Virus record (IMG/VR): IMGVR_UViG_3300033121_001676
Coordinates: 32,001 to 96,000 of that record
Direction: 5' to 3' (one strand)
Length of the DNA: 64,000 nucleotides
DNA from: a virus
Lineage: Duplodnaviria > Caudoviricetes
The notes under the pieces are model-generated. The model searched no databases and was not told where the DNA came from. It saw only the letters and a program-made list of their open reading frames with translations. Shown here in pieces: positions 40,364-49,099 of the stretch (positions are counted from its first letter, which is position 1; each line of letters opens with the position of its first letter). The position numbers and the translations under genes were made by a program.

Positions 40364-41462
40364 TTTTCCTGTTGACGAAGTTGTTACATTTTTTCAAAAA
40401 TTTAAGGAAGGAGATAATGAATCTTATTGGAAACTGATGCTCCATGATCGAATTGAACCCGTTTTCAATCGCCAAATTAAGGTGATGAAACGGGTTTTTT
40501 CTTTGAATAATGATGAAGTGATTGAGTTAAAAGATGAGTTATATATTTCCATTAGAAGAAGATTGTTGAAATTTGATATTGATTTACAAAAAGATAATCA
40601 GCACCAAGCAAATTCACTATTCATGTTCATTCAATTAATGCTCCTTGGTGAATCACAAAAGGTTTGCAGGTATCTTAAAGGTACGAGTACAAGAGATGAA
40701 AAAGGTTATTCAAGTATTAAAGGAATGAAACTTGACTTTGATGGTTTTGATAATAGTGATAGATATGAAGAGAATTCAAATCCAAGAGAAGATCTATCAT
40801 ACAAGTTATGGTCAGAAGAATCAAGAAATGTAATTGAAGATGACGGCGATTATTTCATACATAAACTGCTATTCAGTTACTTACAGAGCATTGGTGACAT
40901 GAATCTTTATAATGCTATTTTGATGCGTTATGACAATGGTATATCATGGAGTAAAATTGAAAGGATGTTGAATTTTAGTGCAGTTGAGAAACAGAGAATC
41001 ATTACAAATTCAATGAGGCTTATGGTAGTTCTTAGAGCATTTATTGCTCTGGAAACATCAATGCAGATCAATATCACTGTTCTTGGAATACAAAGCACTG
41101 AAATCAATTTTTCTATGTGTATTTATGATGGAAAGAATAGAAGTGTTTGGTCACATGATTCAATAACACAAGATGACATAACAACTATTGAAGGAAAGGT
41201 TTCAGATTGGATTAGAAAAAATGATATTACATGGGTTGTGATGAACATACCACAAACTCAAAATAAGATTGATGCAATTATTGAAAGACTTATACTTAGA
41301 AGAAACTTATTGCTTGAAAGACTTGATGTTGAAGATCTGGTGAGTAGGATACACAATTTTGGTGTTTTGACTGAAAAGAATCATTGGAGTCGCAATGTTG
41401 GGTGTGCATATATTGCGGCTGCGAGCAAACTTGCTGAACTTGATATTGTTAGGAGAAAATAG
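40299..41462 (+). CDS. Sigma-factor-like protein with C-terminal RNase H-like extension
   Basis: KEGDNESYWKL...ELYISIRRRLLKFD (region 2-like); RYDNGISWSKIERMLNFS (region 4-like); ITVLGIQ...FSMCIY...ITWVVM. Start uncertain. Confidence 0.5.
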   Translation: MLKSRDTILVPSILKEVKKRSDFPVDEVVTFFQKFKEGDNESYWKLMLHDRIEPVFNRQIKVMKRVFSLNNDEVIELKDELYISIRRRLLKFDIDLQKDNQHQANSLFMFIQLMLLGESQKVCRYLKGTSTRDEKGYSSIKGMKLDFDGFDNSDRYEENSNPREDLSYKLWSEESRNVIEDDGDYFIHKLLFSYLQSIGDMNLYNAILMRYDNGISWSKIERMLNFSAVEKQRIITNSMRLMVVLRAFIALETSMQINITVLGIQSTEINFSMCIYDGKNRSVWSHDSITQDDITTIEGKVSDWIRKNDITWVVMNIPQTQNKIDAIIERLILRRNLLLERLDVEDLVSRIHNFGVLTEKNHWSRNVGCAYIAAASKLAELDIVRRK

Positions 41463-41487
41463 GAAAAGGTTGTTCATTTGCTTTTAT

Positions 41488-41496
41488 TGGTATAAT
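41488..41496 (+). promoter_or_regulatory. Extended -10 promoter for the tRNA cluster
   Basis: TGG-TATAAT about 15 nt upstream of tRNA-Arg. Confidence 0.5.
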
Positions 41497-41511
41497 ATGG
41501 CGTAGTGCTAT

Positions 41512-41585
41512 GGGTCTGTAGCTCAACTGGATAGAGCAACGGATTTCTAATCCGTAGGTTGTGGGTTCAATCCCCGCCAGACCTA
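41512..41585 (+). tRNA. tRNA-Arg(UCU)
   Basis: Acceptor GGGTCTG/CAGACCT; anticodon arm ACGGA-TT TCT AA-TCCGT; GGTTCAATC T-loop; CCA not encoded. Confidence 0.92.
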
Positions 41586-41588
41586 TAT

Positions 41589-41660
41589 GCCAGTGTAGCT
41601 CAGTGGCAGAGCAACGGTTTTGTAAACCGTAGGTCGTGGGTTCAATCCCCACCATTGGCT
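41589..41660 (+). tRNA. tRNA-Thr(UGU)
   Basis: Acceptor GCCAGTG/CATTGGC; anticodon arm ACGGT-TT TGT AA-ACCGT. Confidence 0.92.
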
Positions 41661-41663
41661 TTT

Positions 41664-42440
41664 ATGAGCAATAAGGTTCAAATATTTCTTGTTGGTGGCA
41701 ATACAAATGATAGGATAAAGATTGAAAAATGTTTTGAGAATAAGATCAAGGTTAGGCATTGCAAAGATGAAAATTTATCAACAAACCAAATCCCACAAGT
41801 TGATCACATTTTTATCTATACAAAATTCACAAGTCATAAACTTGTTCGAATTGTTGAATCAGGATCAAAAGCATTTCAAAAGATTCATTACAATGATTCA
41901 ATCAATGATCTAAAAGCAGAGATAAGTAAGGCACTTAATATCCCTATTGTTGAAGATGTCGTGGTCGAGACTCCTAAGACTTTAGTAGTTACTAATGAAA
42001 AGAATAAGCGTGGTTCAATAAGAGCTGCATTGATTAAAATCCTCCACCAACCTCCTGAAAGTGATTTTGGTGAATGTGCAGATAAGATTATGCCAATTCT
42101 TAATGAAATGGGTTTGACGTTGTCAAGGATGGCGCTTGCTCAGGCGATAAGGAATTGGTCAAATAGTGTTAAAAAGAATGTTGGGCAGGAAAACAAGTTT
42201 GAAGAAAAACAACCATTTACAGAATCTGTTACAGTTGGTATTGTTAATCCGATAACTGATTTGAAACTTCTTGTTGATCAAATACAATTCAAGGCACTTG
42301 AGCTTGACGAAATTCTTAGTTCTAAAGCAGTTGCTGATAAAAAGATTGAAGAGTTAAAGTTTGAAATTTTGGCATTGCAAGAAGAAAATAAGAAGTTGAA
42401 AAACTTGATCGATGGTATTAGATCTATGGCAGTAACTTGA
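41664..42440 (+). CDS. DUF2325-like N-terminal domain plus coiled-coil protein
   Basis: IFLVGG...DHIFIYTKFTSHKL; start moved to ATG 41664 so it does not overlap the tRNAs. Confidence 0.55.
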   Translation: MSNKVQIFLVGGNTNDRIKIEKCFENKIKVRHCKDENLSTNQIPQVDHIFIYTKFTSHKLVRIVESGSKAFQKIHYNDSINDLKAEISKALNIPIVEDVVVETPKTLVVTNEKNKRGSIRAALIKILHQPPESDFGECADKIMPILNEMGLTLSRMALAQAIRNWSNSVKKNVGQENKFEEKQPFTESVTVGIVNPITDLKLLVDQIQFKALELDEILSSKAVADKKIEELKFEILALQEENKKLKNLIDGIRSMAVT

Positions 42441-42456
42441 TGAAAGTATCTAAATA

Positions 42457-43320
42457 ATGTCAATGCACAAAATTGGATTGCGACATCATGATTCAGCAGA
42501 AAAGCTATTTGGATATGTTGGGCTTTTTGTCAAAGAACCACTGAAAATAGTTTTCAATGATGTTATTGACAAGAGTTATGAAATTGTTTATGAGCCAATG
42601 AAGAATATCATCATCAGTCAAACACTATTTCAAACTGATTCGTGCCACAGTTCTGGTAAGTGTTGTAAGGTAGCTTTTGATCTCGCATATACGAGAGAAG
42701 GTTACCTTAGAGTTGTTTCAGCTGCTGAAAAAAATGCAAATGCAAAAAGACTACTTGAAAATTTGAAAAAGATTCCTGCTACTTCAAATGGAAAAGAGTT
42801 CGGTTTGTGGGTTCATTTCAATGATAAGGAAGCAAGGTACACTGGTCTTAAGACATGTGACTTTCTTGAACACCCTGATAGTGGCGAATTCAAAGATAAG
42901 TTCATTTGTGGAGTGCATGGTGGGTACACGAGAGTTTTTGATTCAGCACAGCCAGCACACTGTATCTTCCCGCATTTCATATGCAGAAAACGTAGTGATT
43001 ATACGTCTTTTGTAGGCAGGATGCAGTTTGGTAGGAATTGGAGATTCGGCTGTCCTGTAGTTTTCAACCGTGGTATTGAATATTTTGACAAGGATTATCA
43101 ACAAGATATTGATAAGCTCAAAATTATGCAATTGATGGCATCTGACCTTAATGTTGAGACTTGGATACCAGAAATGGTTGATTGGATGATGAACAACAAA
43201 GATGAAATTGAACATATGATTACTACAGGTGAGTACCATTCAATTGTAATCCACCAAAGTGGTGTGATAGAAGAAATTTCTGCAGACATGTTTGGAGAAG
43301 AAAATGACGTTGAAGTCTAA
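42457..43320 (+). CDS. YkgJ-like cysteine-cluster (Fe-S/Zn) protein
   Basis: CHSSGKCC...CDFL...CGVH...QPAHCIFP. Confidence 0.55.
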   Translation: MSMHKIGLRHHDSAEKLFGYVGLFVKEPLKIVFNDVIDKSYEIVYEPMKNIIISQTLFQTDSCHSSGKCCKVAFDLAYTREGYLRVVSAAEKNANAKRLLENLKKIPATSNGKEFGLWVHFNDKEARYTGLKTCDFLEHPDSGEFKDKFICGVHGGYTRVFDSAQPAHCIFPHFICRKRSDYTSFVGRMQFGRNWRFGCPVVFNRGIEYFDKDYQQDIDKLKIMQLMASDLNVETWIPEMVDWMMNNKDEIEHMITTGEYHSIVIHQSGVIEEISADMFGEENDVEV

Positions 43321-44278
43321 CGGACTTTGCAACTTTATGGTTGTGTTCCCTTGGCCTCGTTCAAAGTCTGTTATACAACATCTTGAGCATGTTCCTTCAG
43401 GTGGTAACTGGTCGATTGTTCATGCTTTGAGGCTGCAAGGGAATATTGTTCATACAGTCAATTTGTATTCGGAAAAAGATCAGATTGATGAAGCAACTGC
43501 TGTGATTTCTGCAAAAAGAATCCTTGAAAAGAATGCAATTGATGCAATTCTTGTTTTTGATGCTGGTTGGCAGAAGATTGAATGGCGTAAACTGATTGAA
43601 GAGGTTGGCGTTACTTGTAAGACTGTTTATTTCCCTGGTGATTTGCCAATGAGGGAGGATGCAAATACGGAATCAATTACTATTGGTCAATACACACATA
43701 TTGTTCCTGTTCAGCATCCTTATGTTGAGATATTTAAGCATAAATTTCCTGATGCTGTTGTAGAATGGATGCCATATCATCATGATGGCATTTTGCATTA
43801 TCCTGTTCAACATGAACCGACATATGATATTATACACCTTGGAAAGCTTTATGGTTTACGCGAGAAAATGCTTCAGGCTTTTTCTCAGGCAGGGCTTAGT
43901 GTATATTGTGGTAACGCATGGGGCCATAAATATCGCAATCTGCTTGCACAGGCAAGGATTGGTTGGCATGAGGCGTGGTGTGGAGAAGTTGGGTATAGGC
44001 ATTTCGAAATTCCTGCAATGGGCAGGATGTTACTTTGTGACAAACTTGATGAAAAATACAAACTTGGTGAACTGTATAGTGATGGTGAATATGTGACTTA
44101 CGAAGGTGCAACTGAAGAACAAAAGATCAAAGATGCAGTGGAAAAGGCAAAGTTCTTTGTGAGCAAGCCTGATCTTGTAGAGCAAGTTGCTGCATTAGGG
44201 ACTGCGAGGTCTATTGCCTGCCATGGGGCAGGTTCAAGGGCTTCACAGATAGTGCGTTTTTGTGAAGGTTCTTCTTAA
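43292..44278 (+). CDS. Glycosyltransferase, CgeB-like (GT-B)
   Basis: YDIIHLG, YRNLLAQARIGW, RHFEIPAMGRMLLCD. Confidence 0.75.
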   Translation: MEKKMTLKSNGLCNFMVVFPWPRSKSVIQHLEHVPSGGNWSIVHALRLQGNIVHTVNLYSEKDQIDEATAVISAKRILEKNAIDAILVFDAGWQKIEWRKLIEEVGVTCKTVYFPGDLPMREDANTESITIGQYTHIVPVQHPYVEIFKHKFPDAVVEWMPYHHDGILHYPVQHEPTYDIIHLGKLYGLREKMLQAFSQAGLSVYCGNAWGHKYRNLLAQARIGWHEAWCGEVGYRHFEIPAMGRMLLCDKLDEKYKLGELYSDGEYVTYEGATEEQKIKDAVEKAKFFVSKPDLVEQVAALGTARSIACHGAGSRASQIVRFCEGSS

Positions 44279-44551
44279 AAAGTGCAGAGTTCGTTTTTAG
44301 TCTGGTTTACAGAGTTTTGCAAACGTCAGTGGCGGCGCAGAATTCTGATGATGAACTCTTTAATCAAAAACAAACCAGAATGCCTGCCGAGAGGTAGCTT
44401 AGAAGTGGGGCTAACGGCACATGTTCCACATGGCAAGCGAATGACAGCCACGACCTTGGCTCATAACAGTATAACCAGCAAAAGTTTTGAAAACCTTTGC
44501 TGATTCGTCTGTTTTTTGAGATAAGTGATCATTCGCACTTTTTTGAGATAA
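44273..44551 (+). ncRNA. Unassigned structured RNA candidate (about 270 nt, possible pseudoknot)
   Basis: Closing stem AAAAAGTGC/GCACTTTTT; crossing stems 44286-95/44350-59 and 44301-08/44372-79; CTGCC-GAGA-GGTAG; further hairpins. Confidence 0.45.
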
Positions 44552-44554
44552 AAA

Positions 44555-44971
44555 ATGGCAATAATGAGATTTGATGGTGTTTATAGATTTCTTTCAAACT
44601 TCTATTATTGTGACGTTTATTATGATTCGGTGAGATATAAGTCAAGTGAACATGCTTACCAAGCAGCGAAGACTTCTGATATTAACTTGAGAGAAGCAAT
44701 TAGAGAGTGCAACACTCCTGGTGATGCAAAGAAACTTGGTAGAAAACTTCCTCTTCGAACAGATTGGGATGATGTTAAACTGAATGAAATGTATAAAATT
44801 CTAAAATCAAAGTTTTCAAATCCAAAGTTGAAAAAGATGTTAGTTGATACTGGAAGTGAAGAATTAATTGAAGGAAATAATTGGGGTGATGTATATTGGG
44901 GTGTTTGCATTGGAAGAGGTGAAAATAATCTTGGTAAGTTGCTTATGAAGGTTCGTTCAGAGTGTGCATAA
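44555..44971 (+). CDS. NADAR family (YbiA-like) protein
   Basis: FLSNFY, SEHAYQAAK, AKKLGR, KF..P.L, WGDVYWG, GENNLGKLLM. Confidence 0.9.
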   Translation: MAIMRFDGVYRFLSNFYYCDVYYDSVRYKSSEHAYQAAKTSDINLREAIRECNTPGDAKKLGRKLPLRTDWDDVKLNEMYKILKSKFSNPKLKKMLVDTGSEELIEGNNWGDVYWGVCIGRGENNLGKLLMKVRSECA

Positions 44972-44978
44972 CCAAATA

Positions 44979-45052
44979 CAGAGAATAGTTCAGTCTGGTA
45001 GAACGCCTGCCTTGGGCGCAGGAGGTCGTGGGTTCAAATCCCACTTCTCTGA
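44979..45052 (+). tRNA. tRNA-Pro(UGG)
   Basis: Acceptor CAGAGAA/TTCTCTG; anticodon arm CCTGC-CT TGG GC-GCAGG. Confidence 0.92.
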
Positions 45053-45054
45053 TT

Positions 45055-45184
45055 ATGTTTGTGTGGTGTACGAAAATAACTGTAAGATGGCTTTTCTTGG
45101 TAGGCTAAAGGCTCGTTTCAATGCACGAGGAACATAGCCAAAGAGAAGAATGCTCAGTTGTTTTGACAGACGCCATGCAAACAT
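45055..45184 (+). ncRNA. Rod-shaped 130-nt RNA candidate between tRNA-Pro and tmRNA
   Basis: Five nested stems (15, 10, 8, 4, 5 bp) with internal loops, filling the whole spacer. Confidence 0.55.
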
Positions 45185-45186
45185 TT

Positions 45187-45563
45187 GGGCCCGACAGGTT
45201 TCGATCAGATAATTCGATTCGCAAAGGCATGTAGGTGTTTGATCTCGCTACCTAAAAAGAGAGATCAAGTTCAACTGGCAAGACCAACAAGGTTCTTGGT
45301 GGTGCTGCTCGCTTCCGCAAGGGAGTGGGTTCGCGTCTCGCCCTCGTGGCGTAAACCACAATCAAGTAACTTCCTGTGCGTTGCTTGATTCAAAACCAAC
45401 AGGTGACGCCAGTTAATTCTGGCAGCTCGCCAAGCTCATGGCCGTTTTGTGCATTCGTAAAATGCACTGGTGGAGGCAGGTTGAGAAATCGACTCGCCCT
45501 AAGCATGTAATCCCTTTGTGCTGAGAGTTTTCTGAGACGGCGGTTCGATTCCGCCCGGGTCCA
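45187..45563 (+). ncRNA. ssrA: tmRNA
   Basis: GGGCCCG/CGGGTCC-A acceptor with G3-U70; 5' GGTTTCGA; 3' GACGGCGGTTCGATTCCGCC; tag ORF 45277-45354. Confidence 0.92.
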
Positions 45564-45569
45564 CTTCTT

Positions 45570-46100
45570 ATGCCAACAATTACGACTCGAACAGGAAAGA
45601 TCATTGATCTTTTCAACCCGGATCCAAATCAAATTACTATTGAAGATATTGCAAACAATCTTTCTCGAATCAACAGATGGAATGGGATGTTGTGGTTGGA
45701 TATTAATGTTGCATATCATTCAATCATGGTTTCTAAACAGGTAGATGATCAATTCAAACTGCAAGCATTACTCCACGATGCTCCTGAAGCTTATCTTTCT
45801 GATTTACCAGGCCCATTGAAGAGTTTTCTACCAGATTACAATAGATTTGAAGATCTTTTTTGGGATATTATTTGTGAGAAATTTGGTGTTGAAAAAGTTC
45901 TTGATAAATCTGTCATTGAAGCTGATGCAAGAATGGCAGCAACTGAAGCTACGCAATATGGTCCGAAAGAATTTGCAATCAACAACAAAGATTGGATCGA
46001 CAAAAATCCATCATATGGAAATATCTTGATTCCATTAGATAAATACAATGCAGAAATAAGATTTCTTCAAACATACAAGGAACTGACGGAAAAATCATGA
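45570..46100 (+). CDS. HD-domain nucleotidase (YfdR/YfbR-like)
   Basis: IEDIANNLSRINRWNG, VAYHS, ALLHDAPEAYLSDLPGPLK. Confidence 0.85.
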   Translation: MPTITTRTGKIIDLFNPDPNQITIEDIANNLSRINRWNGMLWLDINVAYHSIMVSKQVDDQFKLQALLHDAPEAYLSDLPGPLKSFLPDYNRFEDLFWDIICEKFGVEKVLDKSVIEADARMAATEATQYGPKEFAINNKDWIDKNPSYGNILIPLDKYNAEIRFLQTYKELTEKS

Positions 46101-47251
46101 ACAAAGTTAGAATTGCCCATCTTTTCAGTGATGTTGCAAACGGCGGAATGAGTGGTGCTGATTTTGATAATGGGATTTGGGAACATGTTCTTAATGTTCC
46201 AAGGGTTCCGCTTGAACTCAAGATGAGTGATCAGCAGATTGCTCTTTGGTTGAAGAATAACAATATTGATGTTCTCACATGTACGATGTGGGGGACATTT
46301 ATTGCTGGATCAAACAAGCCAGAGAGAGGAGTTAGAACTCTAAAGGATGAATATCCAGAACTCAAGGTTGTTGGTATTGTTGATGAACCATTGATGGTTG
46401 ATGTTTGTTCACGATTTGGTGGCAATTCTTACAACATGGATATCAGTAAGGGCTATGCTAATGGTTTGAAAGACTTTGATGCGATTCTTACAATTTGTCC
46501 GCATGAAGTTCAATTCTACAAATCATTCAATCCAAAGACAGAATACATCGGCCTACCATTTCCTGATAAGACATATGTAAATCAGATCAGAAGAGAACCA
46601 AGAGCTGAAAAGAAAGATCAGATTTGGATTGGTCTTGGTGTTGGTGGCAACGCATTTACGAGATGGGAGAGAAACTACCTCGTTGCACTTGAAGCTTTTG
46701 ATCTTGCAGTTCAAAAGGTTGGTGAATTTGATAGAATTACTTCTAAGAAGATGAAGGGAATCTTACTTTCATGGACTGAAAAGAATTCATATGATGTTGT
46801 GACATTTATCAAAGACAATTATCCAAATGTCATGTTGCAAATGAGAAGCAATATGTCTGATTATTTGCACTTCTTGCAGAGTTGCAACTGTGTTGTGAGT
46901 CCTATTGTTCGTGATACGCCTGGAAGAATTGTTGGTGAGTGCGCATTCTTTGGCGTACCGATCTTTGGATCAAATATTCCTTCACTACAGAGTCAATTGT
47001 ATCCGAATGATTGGACATTGTCTCCATGGGATGTTGAGGGATATGCAAATCAAATTGTGAAGTGTGTTATTGGTGGAATGACTATTGAGGATGAAAAAGA
47101 TTCTAAGAAATACAAGATGGATAATGCAAGAAGAGAATTGATTGAGTGCTATGGCATGGATGTTATGGCGAAGAAGTTTAGAGATGCAATGAACAGATTT
47201 GGTATTTGTGATGAGTGGTACACGAAAGATAACCAGGAGGTACTCATTTGA
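46097..47251 (+). CDS. Putative glycosyltransferase (GT-B)
   Basis: Rossmann-like halves; DTPGRIVGECAFFGVPIFGS. Confidence 0.6.
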   Translation: MNKVRIAHLFSDVANGGMSGADFDNGIWEHVLNVPRVPLELKMSDQQIALWLKNNNIDVLTCTMWGTFIAGSNKPERGVRTLKDEYPELKVVGIVDEPLMVDVCSRFGGNSYNMDISKGYANGLKDFDAILTICPHEVQFYKSFNPKTEYIGLPFPDKTYVNQIRREPRAEKKDQIWIGLGVGGNAFTRWERNYLVALEAFDLAVQKVGEFDRITSKKMKGILLSWTEKNSYDVVTFIKDNYPNVMLQMRSNMSDYLHFLQSCNCVVSPIVRDTPGRIVGECAFFGVPIFGSNIPSLQSQLYPNDWTLSPWDVEGYANQIVKCVIGGMTIEDEKDSKKYKMDNARRELIECYGMDVMAKKFRDAMNRFGICDEWYTKDNQEVLI

Positions 47252-47432
47252 AAGAAGAAGTAATGACCTACTTGCGTTCAGAAATTGCTCTACGCCAGAG
47301 ACTTCTGAGCACACCACAGGACAATACAGGGACACAATTCAAACAAGGAGTTGATAGGGATGTTGTTAAGACTCAAATTGAGTATTTAGAACATGCACTT
47401 GAGTGCGTGAGAATTGTGGCAAGATAATAGAC

Positions 47433-48284
47433 ATGGTGAGAAGTAAGACACTAATCATACTCCCTATCTACGGGGCGTGGGATTATGTTTTTGAATGCTT
47501 GAAGAGTGTTGAACAAAATACTTTGAATGAACATTATGATATTTTCATTCAACACAACAGGAATGACTTAGAAGATGGAGAGATCGAGAAAAAGACAGGA
47601 CTTGATATTCGAATAATTGTTGAGCAGTTTTTAAGAAAGACATTTAATCTTGATGAAATTGATATTACATACTCTTATTCAACAAAAAATCTTGGAGTTG
47701 CAAAGAGTTGGAATGCAGGTTTGCAATATGGAATGAATTCAAATGCAAATCATTATGATTCATTCTTGATGCTCAATAGTGATGTTGTTGTTTTTGAGTC
47801 TTGGCTTTCTTGGATGAGGTTGATACTTTATAATTCAGAACCGACTCCATATTGTATTCAAACTGAATTAACTGAAGGCAATATACCTGATATTTCACAG
47901 ATAAGATCAATTGTTAAGTCTGTTGATCCGGATAATGCTTTGAAAGTTGGTGCAGGCATTAACGGTCCTTGTTTCATGATTACAAGAGTTGGCGTTAGTG
48001 AAATTGGTATTTTTGATGAACAGTTTGAAATTGGCTTCTATGAAGACACTGATATTTTGATGCGTATTCGATTGCATCATCAAGAACCGATCATTAGTGC
48101 AAAATCGTATGTTCATCACCATCATGCAAAATCAAGAAGTTCAATGAAGAACTTCAAGAACATAGCTGCTACAAACAAGAGACAGTTTGAATCAAAATGG
48201 TCAGTTTGTTTGCCAGGGAGTTTTGATTCAAAATCTTTTCCAAAATTGAAGGAACTTCAAGATAAGTTTGGGTATTCAATATGA
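47433..48284 (+). CDS. Glycosyltransferase family 2
   Basis: IILPIYG, NLGVAKSWNAG, LNSDV, GIFDEQF...YEDTD. Confidence 0.85.
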   Translation: MVRSKTLIILPIYGAWDYVFECLKSVEQNTLNEHYDIFIQHNRNDLEDGEIEKKTGLDIRIIVEQFLRKTFNLDEIDITYSYSTKNLGVAKSWNAGLQYGMNSNANHYDSFLMLNSDVVVFESWLSWMRLILYNSEPTPYCIQTELTEGNIPDISQIRSIVKSVDPDNALKVGAGINGPCFMITRVGVSEIGIFDEQFEIGFYEDTDILMRIRLHHQEPIISAKSYVHHHHAKSRSSMKNFKNIAATNKRQFESKWSVCLPGSFDSKSFPKLKELQDKFGYSI

Positions 48285-49099
48285 TTAAGAAGCATAAGTT
48301 TGCTGTTCTAATGAGTATTAGAAATGAAGCTGTTTGGATGAACAATAGTTTGAAGATGCTTTATGAATTTGTCGATTATGAAGGTGGTGTAATTGGATTG
48401 ATTGCAATTACAAGAGGACTTACATCTTGGCGTAACGGATATAAAAATCTCGATAACACGGAAGAAATTATTGCATCTTGGATTGGTAAATTTGAAAGAA
48501 GAGGTGTCAAGATTGTTTTTACAACAGTTGACAAACCAGATTCTGATGAGTTCCAAAGAAACATTTGTCTGAATATTATCAAAGATAAAGGTTATGAAAT
48601 GATGTTGATACTTGATCCGGATGAATTTTACCATTTGAATGATTTGAAGAAGATGTTCAATCAAGCAAACATGCTCGGATCACAAGAGTGTGGTCAAGTC
48701 TATGTGTATGCAAAATCATTTTGGAAAGGAATGACTTACTGCTGTGGCGTTGAAAGATTTGGTCCTGTAATTGCAAGAGTTGATGATAAAACAAAATTCA
48801 GTTACATTAGAAATCTTGACCAGGATAATGGGCATACTTTTGATTTCTTTGTTTATCATATGACTGCTGTAAAGACAAACGAACAGATGGAAGAAAAGAT
48901 TAAAGGTTGGAGTCACTCACATGAAGTTGTAAAAGATTGGTGGAATAAGAAATGGCTTGCCTGGAACGTTGATAGGATGATTACAAACCTTCACCCAGTC
49001 TCACCTGAATTGTGGCCGAGAACTGTTAAGATTGATAGGAGAGAATTGCCGGTTGTGTTACATGATCATCCGTATTTTCAAAGAGATACTGTATCATGA
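48281..49099 (+). CDS. Glycosyltransferase (GT-A/GT2-like)
   Basis: IRNEA, QRN, LILDPDEFY. Confidence 0.7.
   Translation: MIKKHKFAVLMSIRNEAVWMNNSLKMLYEFVDYEGGVIGLIAITRGLTSWRNGYKNLDNTEEIIASWIGKFERRGVKIVFTTVDKPDSDEFQRNICLNIIKDKGYEMMLILDPDEFYHLNDLKKMFNQANMLGSQECGQVYVYAKSFWKGMTYCCGVERFGPVIARVDDKTKFSYIRNLDQDNGHTFDFFVYHMTAVKTNEQMEEKIKGWSHSHEVVKDWWNKKWLAWNVDRMITNLHPVSPELWPRTVKIDRRELPVVLHDHPYFQRDTVS

Noticed and set aside
41543-41551. Amber suppressor tRNA (CTA) or a recoded genome
   Set aside because: The 7-nt loop TTTCTAA puts TCT at positions 34-36 (Arg). TAG, TGA and TAA all end well-formed genes, so the standard code applies.
44345-44372. Hammerhead ribozyme (CTGATGA)
   Set aside because: No stem II followed by GAAA in the required arrangement.
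45185-45719. ORFs overlapping the tmRNA (likewise 41449-41655 over the tRNAs)
   Set aside because: Explained by the RNA genes; typical false ORFs.
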